A stretch of DNA of 64,000 nt from positions 124,001-188,000 of the forward strand of contig OZ251248.1 in assembly GCA_965240325.2 (NCBI GenBank), in the 5' to 3' direction. The position numbers and the translations under genes are program-made. How positions within the stretch are numbered: the first letter of the stretch is position 1; every line of letters starts with the position of its first letter. The stretch is from Rebecca billardiae RCC1528 (lineage: Eukaryota; Protista; Haptophyta). The notes beneath the pieces were generated by a model. That model did no database searches. It was given only the letters and a program-made list of their open reading frames with translations, and had not been told where the DNA came from. Shown here piece by piece: positions 1-12,186 of the stretch.

Positions 1-105
1 CGCCCTCGGTCGTCCTGAGCAGGGCAGCGCCCGCCGCCCTCGCAGGCTCGTCAATAATATATTAATAATATATATATAATGATACGACGATCTGCTTATA
101 GTCCG

Positions 106-195
106 CTCAGTGCCCGCGTCGGCCGCCTGTGTGTACTGCTGGCTGCTGCTTGCTGGCTTCTCGAGACTCCTGCCATCCGACTCAGCACACGTACT
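106..195. repeat. Degenerate duplicate of the bZIP 3' CDS end (copy of 232-293)
   Basis: ctcagtgcc..cgtcggccgcctgtgtgtactgctg...cttctcga...cagcacacgtact occurs twice; this copy carries several small insertions. Confidence 0.85.
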
Positions 196-232
196 CACAT
201 TGCAGCGGCTCAGCCCGCTCCGAGTGTCTGAC

Positions 233-2477
233 TCAGTGCCCGTCGGCCGCCTGTGTGTACTGCTGCTTGCTCTTCTCGACCCAGCACACGTACTTGGCGA
301 CCTGCGTCGGGTTGAGGATGGTGCGCAGCCCGTTGAGCACGACATGCTGGTTCTGCAGGTGCTCTTCCACCTGCCAGCCACGTCAAGGGGTGGGTAGGGT
401 AGGGTTGGCGGCGGCGGTTAGGGTTTGAGGCATGCGTGGTGTGGCGTGCGGGAAAGCGTCGGCTCGACGGCACACGGCAGCCGAGCGCGCGGCCCGACCA
501 ACCCAACCAACCCTACCCCCTGCCCTACCTTTGCGCGCAGCTCCTCGACCAGCTTGGCGCACGTGACGAGGATCTCGCGGTCGCCGTGCACGTGCGCGCG
601 GTGCTGCGCGAGCGCCTCGAGCTGCGGCGGCGAGAGGCTGAGCTCGGCCGCGATCACGTCGAGCATGTGAGAGCCCACGGACGGGCGGCGCACGCGCGCG
701 GAGGAGGAGTCGGTGGCGTCGGCGGCGGCGGCGGCTGCGGGCTGCTGCGCCTCTGGCGCCGCGCCGCCGCCGGCCGCTGCCGCCGCCGCCGCCGCGTCGG
801 AGCCGTCCGCGCCGCCGTTCGCAGCAGCGCCCGCGTCCGCCGCGGCCGGCGCGGCCGGCGGCTCCGTCACCTGCGGCCAGCCGGGGGCGGAAACCGCAAA
901 AGGAGAACAAATGCAAAAATGCCGAGCGGGCGGGGAGCGCGGAAGGGCGGCGCGCGCGCGGGCGGGAGAGAAGTCGGGTGAGAGCGCGCGCGCGGCGCGG
1001 CAGCCAGCCGCGCCCTGCCGCGCGGCAGGCCAGACGCGGAGCCCGCCGCACTGGCCCCCGCGCGCTCGGCCCGCGCCCCGCCCGGTTGGGTCGCGCACGG
1101 GGAACGGCGGCATGCAGGCGCGCGAGTGACGCGGCCGAGGGCGGGGCCGCGCGCTCGGCCGTGCGAGATGCGCGCGCTGCGCCGAGTGCGCGGCAGCCCT
1201 TCCGCCCCGCAGCAGCTCGCACTCCCTCCCGCCCCACGACCCGCCTCCCCGCTGGCCCGATGCCCCCGATGCCCCCGAGGCCCCTTGCGTGTGCGTGTGC
1301 GTGTGCGTGTGCGTGTGCGTGTGCGTGTGCACTGCACGCCGTGGCATGCAACGGGGTAAGGCGTGCGCGCGCGCGGGTGTGTGTGCTCGTGCGTACCCTA
1401 CCCCTAACCCTACCCCCTAACCCTACCCCCTACCCCGACCCCTAGGTGCGTGCGCGTACCCCTTTGGAGAAGGCGAGTGTGACGAGCGCGGACGGCTCGA
1501 GGATCTCCTCGATGATGTCGAGGTAGCCCAGCATCACCGTCTCGCGCTGCCGCTTCGAGCCCACGTACCTACGCGCGCGAGGGGCGGGGGCGGAGGGGGC
1601 GGGCGGGGGGCCGGTCGGTCGCTCCGGCTCAGCCGAGGCTGGCGGCGCGGCGGCGCGGCGGATGCAGCGCATGTGCGCACGGGCACGCGCGCGCGCACTT
1701 CTCGATCAGCGCGTTCGTCTCGGGCTGCAGCTGCTCCACCGAGCGGCGGCGCAACAGCGTCTCCATCGCGGACAGCTGCGACGCACGCTCCGACTCAGAG
1801 GTGGGCGGCGCGGCCTCGGCCGCGGGGAGCGTGGGCGCGGCGGCGGCGCCGGAGCCGGCGAGCGCGCGCTTGTGCGCGAGCTTCGCCTTCGCCGCGTCGA
1901 TGCGCGCCTGCGCCCGCGCCGCGCGGGCCATCGCCGGCGTGTGCCGCGCGCGCCGCCGCGGTCGGCCGAGGCAGGCGGCGCGCGGCGCGCGCCGGCGCGC
2001 GCGCGCGCGCCACGCGCCGCGGCCGCGCGCGTGGACGGGGCATGGGGCGCACGCCGGCGCGGACGGGCGTCGGCGCGCGGCGCGCACCTGCATCTGCGCC
2101 ACGTCGTCCTCGAGCCCCTGCACGTACGACTTGTGCCGCCGGCGCGCGTCGCGCGCCGCCTGCGCCTTGCGCGCCATCCGCAGCTGCACCTTTGCGTCCT
2201 TCTTGCCCTCGCCGCCGGCGGAGGCGTCGGCGTGCGCGTCGGCGCCGCCGCCGCCCAGCTCGAGGTCGAGGTTGATCCCGCCCCCCGCCGACTCGAGCCC
2301 GGCGAGCAGCCCGTACGGGTCGTCCTTGAGCCCGCCGCCGCCGTCGCCGCTCAGCCCCTTGGCCGAGTCCATCGCCTTCTCGCCCGCGGCCCAGAGGAAG
2401 CATGAGGCGAGGTCGTCGTCGACGAACTCCTGGACCTTGAGCAGGTCGGCCAGCTCGAGCTGCTCCGAGCCGCCCAT
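233..2477 (-). CDS. bZIP transcription factor (multi-exon)
   Basis: Basic region and zipper RMARKAQAARDARRRHKSYVQGLEDDVAQMQ; C-terminal LRTILNPTQVAKYVCWVEK. GT-AG exons 2477-2088, 1907-1699, 1568-1460, 870-529, 370-233 join in frame. An extra exon within 871-1459 is not excluded. Confidence 0.8.
1286..1330. repeat. (TGCGTG)n microsatellite in a bZIP intron
   Basis: About 7.5 perfect copies read directly. Confidence 0.9.
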
Positions 2478-2857
2478 GCTGCCCCGCCCCGAGCGCCGCG
2501 CCGCGCGGCTCGTGCACCGACGGCCGCGCTGCGACGCTGCTCGCGCGCGGCGGCCCTGCTGGATCCGCCGAGCCGGCTGGCGGGCGCTCGGCAGCGGCAG
2601 CCCTGCGCGCGCGCGCGAAAGCCGACAAGCCGAAAAGGCGTGAACGGCGGAAAAGAAAAGCCGCCTTGCGCTTGCTTGCGCTTTTCGCCCAGCGCAGGCT
2701 GCGGGGCCTTTTCCGCCCGGGAATCCGACGCCCCGGACTGGCCAAAAAAGATCCGGTGCGGGTGCGGCCGCGCGCGCGGCGAACTCTCGCGTGACTCGCC
2801 AGCCGTCCGGCGTCGCGCCGACCGCCGATCAGTCGATCACCGCTCTCGGCCGCCGCC

Positions 2858-5433
2858 ATGCCCGCGCTGACGTTGATTGCGTGCGCCGCGCTGGCGTTCG
2901 CGCGCCCGGCGCCGTCGGCGACGCGCGGCGGCTCGCGGGCCGGCGCGTGCGCGCGCACCGCCGTGCGCGCCGCCGCGCCCCGCCCCGACGTGCGCGAGCG
3001 CGACGCCGCCGCGCGCCGCGAGCTGCTGCGCGCGGGCGCCGGGTTTGCGCTCGCGTCCGCGGCGCAGCTCGGCTGCGCGCCGCCGCCGCCGGCGTGGGCG
3101 GCGAGCTCGCTGAACAAGGCGTCGAGCGCGGGGTCGGCGGTGAACAAGGACCCCGACTCCCTCCTCCGCTACGGCCTGCCCATCTCCCAGCCCGACATCC
3201 GCTCGATCCAGAAGGAGCTCGAGGAGTCGAAGCCAAACTGCTTGAAGGCGCTCTGGTCCAAGGCGCTGGGCAACGTGCAGAAGGCGCGCGGCGTGCTCAA
3301 GGCGAAGGGGGAGAAGATCCAGGCCGCCGTCGCGCCCGAGCGCAAGGCCGACGCCGCCGACGCCGCCGCCAAGCTCGGCAGCGCGATGGACGCGCTCGAG
3401 GTGGCCATCACCAAGCTGGACGCGGTGCGCGCAACCCTACCCCCAACCCTACCCCCAACCCTGCCCTGCCCCCAACCCTACGCTGCTTCGTCGCCGCGCC
3501 CGGAACACGCTTGTACTGGCCGTTTGCGCGCGTGCCCGCATGCACACACCGCGCGCCGGGCGCGCCGGGCGCGCCGCGCCGCGCCACTGACTGCCGGCGC
3601 CGCGCCGCGCGCCCGCGCGCCGCGCGCACGCGCGCGCACCGCCTGCAGGATGCGGCGGTGGCCGCGCAGACGCAGGCGGTGGGGCTGGTTGGCGCGATCG
3701 AGGAGGCGATGGTGGCGGGATTCCCGTATCAGGTGCGGCGCGGGGCGCCGCGCGCCTAAGGCGCGGGCGCGCGGGCTGGCGGCGCGGGCGCGTGGGCGCG
3801 GGCGTTGGCGCGCGGCAGCGCGGCGCGGTTGCGCAGCCAGCCGGGGTGTGCGCGGCGCGGCTGCCGGCGGGTGGGCAGATTGCGATCTCCGCCGCGGAGG
3901 TCGTGGCAGGGCCGGCTAGGCGGGCTGGGCCGCGCGCCCGGAGCCGGCCGGCCGTTGGGCCGCGCCGCGCTGCGTGCCGAGCGCGCGCCACGGTGCCGCC
4001 GCGTGTGGGCGTGTGGCGGTGCCCTGCGCGTGAGGCCGCGCGCCGCGCGCGCGCCGGGCGGCGGGGCGGCTGGCCGAGCGGCGCGCGGCCGAGCGCTCTC
4101 ACACGCGCGCGAGCCCCGCCGCCTCTCGCCCACGCCACGCCCCCCGGACTCTCCCCTTCCCGGACTCCCACCCCGGACTCTCCCCGCAGATTCCGGACGA
4201 GTTCGACGCGCTGCCGCGGCTGCTCGGCCGCGCGAGCGTTGAGCTTGTGCTCTCGCGCGGGCCCAGGTCGGAGGAGAAGACGTTCGACGTGGGCGGTGCG
4301 CGCGCGGGGCCGCGCCCCGCCCCCGCCATCGTTCCGGGGAGGACGGCGGGGGGGTCGAGCACGGCTGGAGCGAGGGCGGCGCCGGTGCCCGTGTTGACGC
4401 GCGCACCGCGCACCGCCCACCGCCCACCTCCGCGCCCGCGCCCGCGCCCGCCGCCGCGCTGCGCGCCCGCGCTCTCCCCCCGCCCACGCCGGGCCCCGGC
4501 AGGCGAGTTGGCGCAGACCATCCGCGTGGTGCTGCTGCTCGACGGGTACAACGCGCCGCTCACCGCGGGCAACTTCGTCGACCTCGTCAAGAAGGGCTTC
4601 TACACCGGCATGGAGATTCAGCGCTCAGACGGTGAGGGGATGTAGGGGTTGGGTTTTGGGTTTTGGGTTAGGGTGAGGGTTAGGGTTAGGGCGCCCCGGA
4701 GCGCCCCGCCTGCCCCGCGCCCGCCGCGTGACCGCTTGAGCCGCCGCGGCACCCGCGCGCCCGCACCCCCTACCGTACCCTACCCTACCCTGCCCTGCGC
4801 CGTGCAGGCTTTGTGGTGCAGACGGGCGACCCGCGCGGCATCGAGCCGTCCGACGAGTCCGCGCCCAACGGCTACCAAGTCGACGGCAAGACGCGCAACG
4901 TGCCGCTCGAAGTGTTCCCAGTCGGCGCCAAGGCGCCTGTGTACGGCGCCACATTTGACGAGGAGGGCTACGGAGGCGCCGCCGCGACGATCCCGTTCCA
5001 GGTGCGGGCTGGGGGGCAGGGCTGGGGGCAGGGTGAGGATGGCGCGGGCGGGCGAGAGCAGGCGAGCGCGGAGAGCGGGAGGGCGGGCGGGCGGCGCGAG
5101 CGCCGGCGGCGGACGCGCCCCGCACCGCGCGCGGCGCGCGCATGCACGCTCACGCGCCGCGCCTCCGCCGCGCGCGCGCGCACGCCCCAGGCGTACGGCG
5201 CGCTCGGCATGGCGCGCGAGGAGTACTCGGCGGACTCGGCGTCGTCGCAGTGGTTCTGGCTGCTCTTCGACTCGGACCTCACGCCCGCGGGCAAGAACCT
5301 GCTCGACGGCCGTTACGCGTGCTTCGGTTACACCATCGACGGGCAGGACCAGCTGCGTGCTGTCAAGGTGGGCGACGTGATCAAGAGCGCCAAGCTGCTC
5401 TCCGGCGGCGACAAGCTGGTCGCGGGCAAGTAA
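2858..5433 (+). CDS. CYP38: Thylakoid lumen cyclophilin, CYP38/TLP40-like
   Basis: Motifs [62 protein letters not shown]-terminal signal peptide ending ALA-F. Exons 2858-3424, 3649-3732, 4190-4295, 4503-4631, 4808-5001, 5191-5433. Confidence 0.9.
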
Positions 5434-5654
5434 GCGGCGGGGGCGCGCGAGCGAGGCGTCGCGGCTGCCCGCCCACGCGCTCGGGACTCTGCCATCGTCA
5501 GCACTCTCGGAGCGAGCGCGATCGATTAGGCGGCCGCGCCACTTAGTCCGTGACGACGGGTGGCGTCCGACCGCCCGCGCTGGGCGTCGCGCAGACCGCG
5601 CTGACAGCGCAGTAGCGCCATATATCATCAGCTACTATATATATATATATACAT

Positions 5655-6677
5655 CCCCTTACCGCAGGTTGCTTCCGTATACGAAGCAAAGATGATGGGT
5701 TCGCCCCCGCGGCGGGTGCGTGCTCGGCGGGCAGGTGGACGCCGCGAGAGGGGCGCGCGATGCGGCTGAGAGGGCATGGCTTCACTCGTGAGCATGTTCG
5801 TGGGCCACCCAAGCCTCATCGCCGCCGCCCTCCCCCTTCTCCGGTGCCACGGCGTCCGCCAAACGGAGTGCCAAACGAGTGTTCGAGCACGCCCAGAAGC
5901 AAAGTTTTGAGGGGTGCTCAGTTCGCCTCTGAGGTGCTCGTATCGCTGCGGGATGGTGCCGCACGCGGTACCGCATCAGGCGGGGTGAAGGACGTCACCC
6001 GCCGGTCGGCTCTCGGTCTGCCAGTCAGTGCCTGTGGTGCTCGGACGCTGCTCTCCGAGCTCGAGATCCATCATGCGGCTTCCTGTGTGACGTCGGCAAT
6101 GAGGAGGGTGTACTTGCGCAGCGGGGCGCGCGCGTCGCGCATGTGATCGACACCGAAACAGACGAAGAAGCATGACCGCCCATCCCGCCGAGCTCCTGGC
6201 TGACTTGCACTCGGCAATCACGCCGCGCGCGCGGCCTGCGGCTGCTGCGTGCGGCAAGCCGCCAAGCGTGTCACGCGTGACTGGCAGGTGAGTGAGTTCA
6301 GCGCGACGAGTCAGGTGAACGCGCGCAGACCAGCGCGTGCAGTACGTACACCGCCTACAGCCATCTCGACCGATCGCCTACCTGCCTGAAGCAGCTGCAA
6401 GGCGTGCAGCCGGGTGTCGCGGGCACACGGCCAGCCTGGCGGGCACGACACGCCCGTACGGCAGCTCGGCGCGCTGCCGCGCGATGCCATCGTGGAGGCA
6501 TTGTAGCTGGAGGGACCAGTCTGGCGGCTGTCTGAGGGTAGCTAGACCTAAGACCATGCCTGCACAGTGTCATGCGGCGTTCAGCGCCCAAAGGCGCCCT
6601 GACTGGCCGCAGGGCGCCCTCAGCGGACGCCGTCAACTTTGCTTCCATACGAAGCAAAGTGAACTGCGGTGAAGGGG
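5655..6677. mobile_element. Non-autonomous TIR element (CMC/EnSpm-like), about 1.0 kb
   Basis: Imperfect TIR CCCCTT-ACCGCAGGTT / AACTGCGGTGAAGGGG, AT on both flanks, the same subterminal palindrome TTGCTTC..TACGAAGCAA at both ends, adjacent to a (TA)n run. Confidence 0.65.
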
Positions 6678-7588
6678 ATAGCTGAATATATCGGTCGTCG
6701 CCCGGCCCGTGCTCGCGCTGTATCTCGGATGCGCGTTGACGTCAGCGGTACCGGGTATTCCGCGGGATGCCGCGGCGCGCGCCCCGGAACAGTGGCACGC
6801 GGTAGTTATTCATCACTTATAGCAGCATATATCTATATATATATATATATATAGATAGTATCATCAGAACTGGACGGCAGTCACTGGGACGGGCGCGGCG
6901 TGATAGTATCGATGTGACGCACGCCACCCACGGCCGCCTCTGATCAGCGGCACGATCGACTGCTCGACGACGACGCGACCAGACGTGCCGCCGCTAGGCG
7001 CTACCGTGCCGTAGTGAGTATAGCTCGCTGACTGCTGCCTGACGACGGCGCCAGTCGACGCAGGAAGTACACACCGTATAAGTAGTATACTACACTAGTA
7101 CACTACGACTTACAGTGCGACGATACTTAGACTGCGCTATACTACGTACTACGACGGCGCGCAGCCCGCGGTCACTGGCGGTGGCCGCCGCAGGCCACTC
7201 GGGCACCGCGCCGCCCGCGCGGCCGCGGCGGCTCGGGACCGGGCTCGGCCGGCGGCCGGACGCGCGCGCCGGTCTCAGAGTCTCAGACTCACGTCCGTGT
7301 GCGTCGATCTCCGGCAGACTCCGCGGTGTGACGGACAGGCGGCCGGGCGTCAGGGGCTGACCGGGCGGCGGCGCGCTCAGATAGTCAGATATGACAACGC
7401 GTCACGCGCCAATATTGATATATATTGATGAGCGGGTCGTAGCCGGGCGCGACTAGCTGCGCGATATAGCTGCTGCTAGCTCAGCCCGCGCGGTACTGCT
7501 GGTGTCCGGCCGCCGCCTAGCCGGGCGCCGCCGGCCCGCCGACGTGATTAACTCGTCTAATAATGGCACCCTATCACAGTGAACACGC

Positions 7589-9366
7589 CCCAGCGGCGGA
7601 GCGGACAAACAAAACTGCTTGGGAACCGGCCGATTTGGCAGGGCGATGGCGGGATCTCAGTCTTCCGCCCGAGGCCTTCCGCCGTCGCTCGGCCGCTCTA
7701 GCCGGGCCCACGGGCACGATCATCCGTGGGCCCATCCCGTACTGGGCGGACCGTATAGCTGGCCATTACATGGGACACTAGCTCGGGTGTCGCGCCACGA
7801 CTCTGCCACGAGAAGAGCCCGCGTCCGAAGCAGGCGTGTTCGAGCTCGCAGCAGCACGCGACCGACATGTGATGCTTGCTCCCACCCGTCCCGATGGATG
7901 GCGGGCCTGGGTGGCTATCTGAGTGGGTGATTGGGTGCCAAGACTTGCCCGCATGCCTCTTCGGGACGGCTGGAAATGTCTCGCCCCCAATATCCTCCAC
8001 CTCAAAAGTGCTGCACTTTTTTGGGCTCGAGCGGCACATCGAGCGCATGCCCGTCGGGTCACATCCTCAAGCAATCAAGGCGCACTTGAGCGTTGTTTGT
8101 GACGCGCCTGGTGTCCAGATGTCCATCGAGTGCGTGCTTCTTGTCCGACCTGGCGGTCCATGCCTTCACGTCTACGATGTTTATGGATCGGACGCAGGTG
8201 ATGGACTGCTGCGAGAGCTCTGGACACCGACGGCCAGTACACCAGGCGAATGGTGCCGACCATGGCTGACGGTGCGTGTGCCTGCACACTTCGGGCGTGC
8301 TTTCGAGCGCCCGCCTCCCCGACCGCCAGCGCCTCTACTTCCCACGCTAGGGCTGCATGATTCCCACCCAGTTTTGTGCTCATGCAATGATGCCGCCTGC
8401 GCGGCCCCGTCTGCGCACGCGCGCAGAACAGCTCGTTTGCGCTGACTCAGGGCGACCTGAGCGAGCTTGACTACCTCCACGACCTCGTTGCGCACTTGCG
8501 CACTCGACGACGTGCCGAGGTCGCGGTTCTGCCGATGGTTGCATCTCGTTCAGGCGCACATCACAGCCGTGTGCATCAGTCGGATGACCGTGACGAATGC
8601 GAGCAGCTCAGCGAGGCACGACCATGCCCAGTCGGGTGCGCTTTGGGGTGCCGGGCGAGTGCGAAGGCCTCGCATTCCACGATTCACATCGCTCACGTCA
8701 CCCTCTCTGCGTCGACCCACTGCCCACGCGCTTCGCGCGCCGTCGCGCAGATCACTGCTCATCAGCTTGCAGCTCAAAGGAGGCGATGCGGTCGCGGCAG
8801 TGCGCTGGCTCGTCGAGCTGACGTGCCGCGGTCGCGGCAGCTGGGCGCCAGCTTGGCAGCTCGTGTGCGCTCTTCTTCCGCGAGCAGCTGCCGGCCTGCT
8901 TCAGCTTTGTGGGCAAGCGCGCGCGATGTCTTTCCGCGGGAGTGCGCAGGGTGCAGCTGCGGCAGCAAACGCATCGTGCTCGAGCAGCGCGCGAGGAGGC
9001 GGCACGGGCGATTCGAGGCTCATTCGAGTCGCGGTGACTCTGCCAGGGCATATACTCTCCACACCTCACCTACCGAGCTGGACCCTGTCTTCGCTTCCTC
9101 CAGCGATCCGCGCGCGCACACGCGGTGTTGACAGCTCGATCAGCCAGTCTCGGTGCCGTTCGGCGCCGAGCTCGAGGACGGGCAGGGCGAGCAGCTGCGC
9201 TGGCATGAGAGCTCTCTGACGCTTCTGACAGGGCGCTATGCGTGTCTAGCTGTCCGCTGACATGTCCCAGTCGCCGCAGGCCCTCCGTGGGCTCGGCCAT
9301 CGAGCCTCATGCGAGCGACCCGCGAGGCGGGCGTCCGCCATTTTGTTTGTCCGCTTCGCCGCTGGG
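7589..9366. mobile_element. Non-autonomous TIR element with CCCAG ends (CMC/EnSpm-like), about 1.8 kb
   Basis: 26-bp TIR CCCAGCGGCGGAGCGGACAAACAAAA (7589-7614) matches 9341-9366 with 1 mismatch. No clear TSD. Interior has broken ORFs. Confidence 0.8.
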
Positions 9367-9675
9367 CATAACTGACGAGACGCATACGGCATATGCACTT
9401 ATGCTCGCCTGCTGAGTGCTGGGCGTGTGATCGGTCGTCGGCCGCCTGCCGCCCGGACTGCTTGAGTGGGCGCTGAGCAGTAGTCGATCGAATAGCAGCC
9501 GCGGCGCGCTCATCATCGTCGCGCACGCGTCCCGGCCGAATGACCGTTGTGAGCACGCGCCGACTGCCAGCACTGGCAGCAGTCCCGGTGCCGCGGCCGA
9601 GACATCGTCGCCTGCTCAGCAACCCTGCGTGACTCAGCAGCACGCGCCGCGCACGGACCACGCGCCCCACGCGCG

Positions 9676-10134
9676 TCAGAAGTCGATGCTCACGAGCTGC
9701 TCCGCGAAGCGCTCGACCTGCGGGATCGCCTCGGCGGCGAGCGCCGGCTCGGCGTATGTCGCGACGATGAGCAGCCGGTTGGTCTTGACGACGAGGATGC
9801 CGCCGTCGGTCTGCATCGAGGTGAGCCGGCCGTAGAAGGAGTGCGGCTGCACGCTCGTCACCATGTACTGCGAGCCCGACGCGTACACGTAGTCCCGGTG
9901 CAAGGTGCCCGCGAGCGTGCGCTCGAGGATCGTCGCCGCCTCGTGCGCCCGCAGCGTCAGACCCTTCTGCACGAGCACGATCGACTTCTTCGACGGTGTG
10001 GTCTCGACCGGCGCAAGCGGGAGGACGGCCACGCCCTGCACGATCTTCGAGTCGCTCACGAGCGCGTGCGCGTATCTCTCGATCGCCTTGGTCGCCGAGG
10101 CCGTCGCCGCGTCGACGGCCTGCGGCGCCGGCAT
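9676..10134 (-). CDS. Divergent profilin-family protein
   Basis: 152 aa, intronless; GSQYMV, GGILVVKTNRLLIVATY and VERFAEQL match the profilin C-terminal half. Confidence 0.75.
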   Translation of the reverse strand: MPAPQAVDAATASATKAIERYAHALVSDSKIVQGVAVLPLAPVETTPSKKSIVLVQKGLTLRAHEAATILERTLAGTLHRDYVYASGSQYMVTSVQPHSFYGRLTSMQTDGGILVVKTNRLLIVATYAEPALAAEAIPQVERFAEQLVSIDF

Positions 10135-10716
10135 CGTGCGACTTCCAGCTCGGTCGTCCAGCGGAGCGGGTGCGCAGTGCGCACTGGGCACGGCGTGACG
10201 GCGACGACTGGCCGGCCGCCTGCCTGGCTGCCTGGCAGCCGGACCCAGCGTGCGGAAACATTCCAACGGGGAAGGGCCTTCCGCCGCGCGCCTGGTCGCC
10301 TTGGCCTCGGTCAGTCGGTCTGGCTCCAGCAAGCGACCACGGAGACGGCGCAAGTGCGAAGCGGATGCGCGCCTGCTGAGCGGCATCTATCGCCTGCCAG
10401 CCGCCCAGCCCAGACGGTGCGCTCGCTGGCGCCGTTCCAGTCCCCAAGTGACGTCGCGGCCCGACGCTGACCGACCCGGCCCGTCGCATGAGCAGCCCTC
10501 AGCATAGATTAGATCTGAGCGCCATCGTGACGATCCATCAGGCTAACAGCGGGGTGAGTGTGTACTGCACTGCTACGCCGCACAGCGCGCAGCAGAGGCT
10601 GCGCGACCACCCGCCGTCTTCATCAGCACACGAGCACCGGGTCGGCGGGCGACTTGTCCATGGGCTGCAGGCGCTCGGCAGCACTGACGGCGCGTCTGCA
10701 ACGCCGACCGGTACGG

Positions 10717-11193
10717 CTACGGCTCGCGCTTCTCGTCGACCGGCCCTGTGCCCGGTACGCGCAAGAACTCGACGACGAACTTGAGGTCGTCGGTGAGCGG
10801 CTTCACCTCGTGGTGGACGGCGGGCTCGATGATGCCGACCGCGGGCGCGCGCAGCACGTGCACGCCCTTGTGCGCGCCCTCGTTGATCTGGTAGCGGAGC
10901 TCGCCGCTCGAGACCTGGATGCGACCCCACGTGCCCTTCTTGGTCGAGTGCTCCTTGAGCAGCCCCGACGGGATGCGCTCCTTTGTGAAGGCCCCCTCCT
11001 TGGGCACCTGCGAGTACTTGACCACGTCTGCGGGGAGGGTGGGCATCGGTGCAGCGGCGGCGCCGGGGCACATCGGGCAAGAAGGGAGCTCGACGGCGCT
11101 TGCGGCAGCGGCGCGCGCCATGGGATTGGTGGCGACCGTCGTTGCCACTGCGATGAGCATGATCACGACGAGGAGAGCGTACGTCCACTGCAT
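10717..11193 (-). CDS. DUF1971 (YeaR/TehB N-terminal-like) cupin with N-terminal signal peptide
   Basis: FTKERIPSGLLKEHSTKKGTWGRIQVSSGELRY...IIEPAVHHEVKPL...FVVEF; hydrophobic leader MQWTYALLVVIMLIAVA; intronless. Confidence 0.85.
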   Translation of the reverse strand: MQWTYALLVVIMLIAVATTVATNPMARAAAASAVELPSCPMCPGAAAAPMPTLPADVVKYSQVPKEGAFTKERIPSGLLKEHSTKKGTWGRIQVSSGELRYQINEGAHKGVHVLRAPAVGIIEPAVHHEVKPLTDDLKFVVEFLRVPGTGPVDEKREP

Positions 11194-11484
11194 GGTCGTC
11201 GGCGAGTTGGCGCGGTGGCGGTGCGGTACTGCGGTTTGGTTGGGTCGGTGAACAAACGGTGTCGTGTCGGTCGGGAAGCCGCTCGCGTTACGGCGGCGGA
11301 AATGAGCCGTTGCTATCATAGTCGGCATTTTCGTCGGTGATGAAATCTCGCCGGTAAGTAGTAGGCAGTATGATTAATTAATTAATAGTCATGTAGTGGG
11401 AGTACTTTACCCGCACGCGTGCTCAACTTCGTGACGCTCCGAGCTCTCTATCGCGCAGCTGCTGGTCAGGAGCACCGTGGAGCG

Positions 11485-12186
11485 ATGTCGGTGCCCGCCT
11501 GGCTGTCCGCGTTGCCGTGGGTCGTGTGGGGGATCGGCATGCCGCTGCTGCTCGTCGCACCGCTGTTCAACAAGTACTTCCCCAACCTGGCCGGCCCGCC
11601 CGTCGGCCCGCCCTTCAGCCACAAGGGCGACTCGGCCACGCCCTTCCAGACCGCCAAGTCGGTGTGCCTCTCGACGTTTCCGCTCTTCTTCTTCACTGCC
11701 GGCCTAGTGGGCGTGCTCGCCGACGCGCCGTTCGCCGCCGAGCCGCGGCTCGAGCTGTACGTGAAGGCGGTGATCCTCCCGCTGGGCTGCGTCATGATCC
11801 CGTTCCACATCGTCATCATCTTCCGCCGCGGCACCGGCCATCTGGTGGCCAACCTGCCGGTGATTCTGTTCTGCACGGCGGGGCAGCTGCTCTTCATGGC
11901 CACCAACGCGACCTGGGCGTACTACGCACTGGCGTGCGCGCGCGCCGGCGGCTCGCTCGAGCCGCATGCGCCGACCGTGCGCGCGGTCGTCTGGCTCGTG
12001 GTCGGAGGGATGCTCTCGTCAGTGGTCACCTGGGCGGTGCGCGCCGCCGTCCTGCTGTGGAGTGCGCTGAACGTGCTGCGCGTCGCGCCCACCAAGAGCG
12101 TGGTCAAGCTGTGCGAGGAGCTGTACTTTGGCGTGCCCGGCAGCACCGAGGATGAGGAGGCGAAGCCCATGATCGCACTGTTCTGA
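11485..12186 (+). CDS. Multi-pass membrane protein of unknown function
   Basis: 233-aa ORF with about 5 hydrophobic segments and strong G/C third-position bias; family not recognised. Confidence 0.7.
   Translation: MSVPAWLSALPWVVWGIGMPLLLVAPLFNKYFPNLAGPPVGPPFSHKGDSATPFQTAKSVCLSTFPLFFFTAGLVGVLADAPFAAEPRLELYVKAVILPLGCVMIPFHIVIIFRRGTGHLVANLPVILFCTAGQLLFMATNATWAYYALACARAGGSLEPHAPTVRAVVWLVVGGMLSSVVTWAVRAAVLLWSALNVLRVAPTKSVVKLCEELYFGVPGSTEDEEAKPMIALF

Noticed and set aside
888-925. A-tract islands in introns and spacers (also 41857-41890, 42795-42870) as a dispersed repeat
   Set aside because: Similarity is short and low-complexity, with no shared boundaries.
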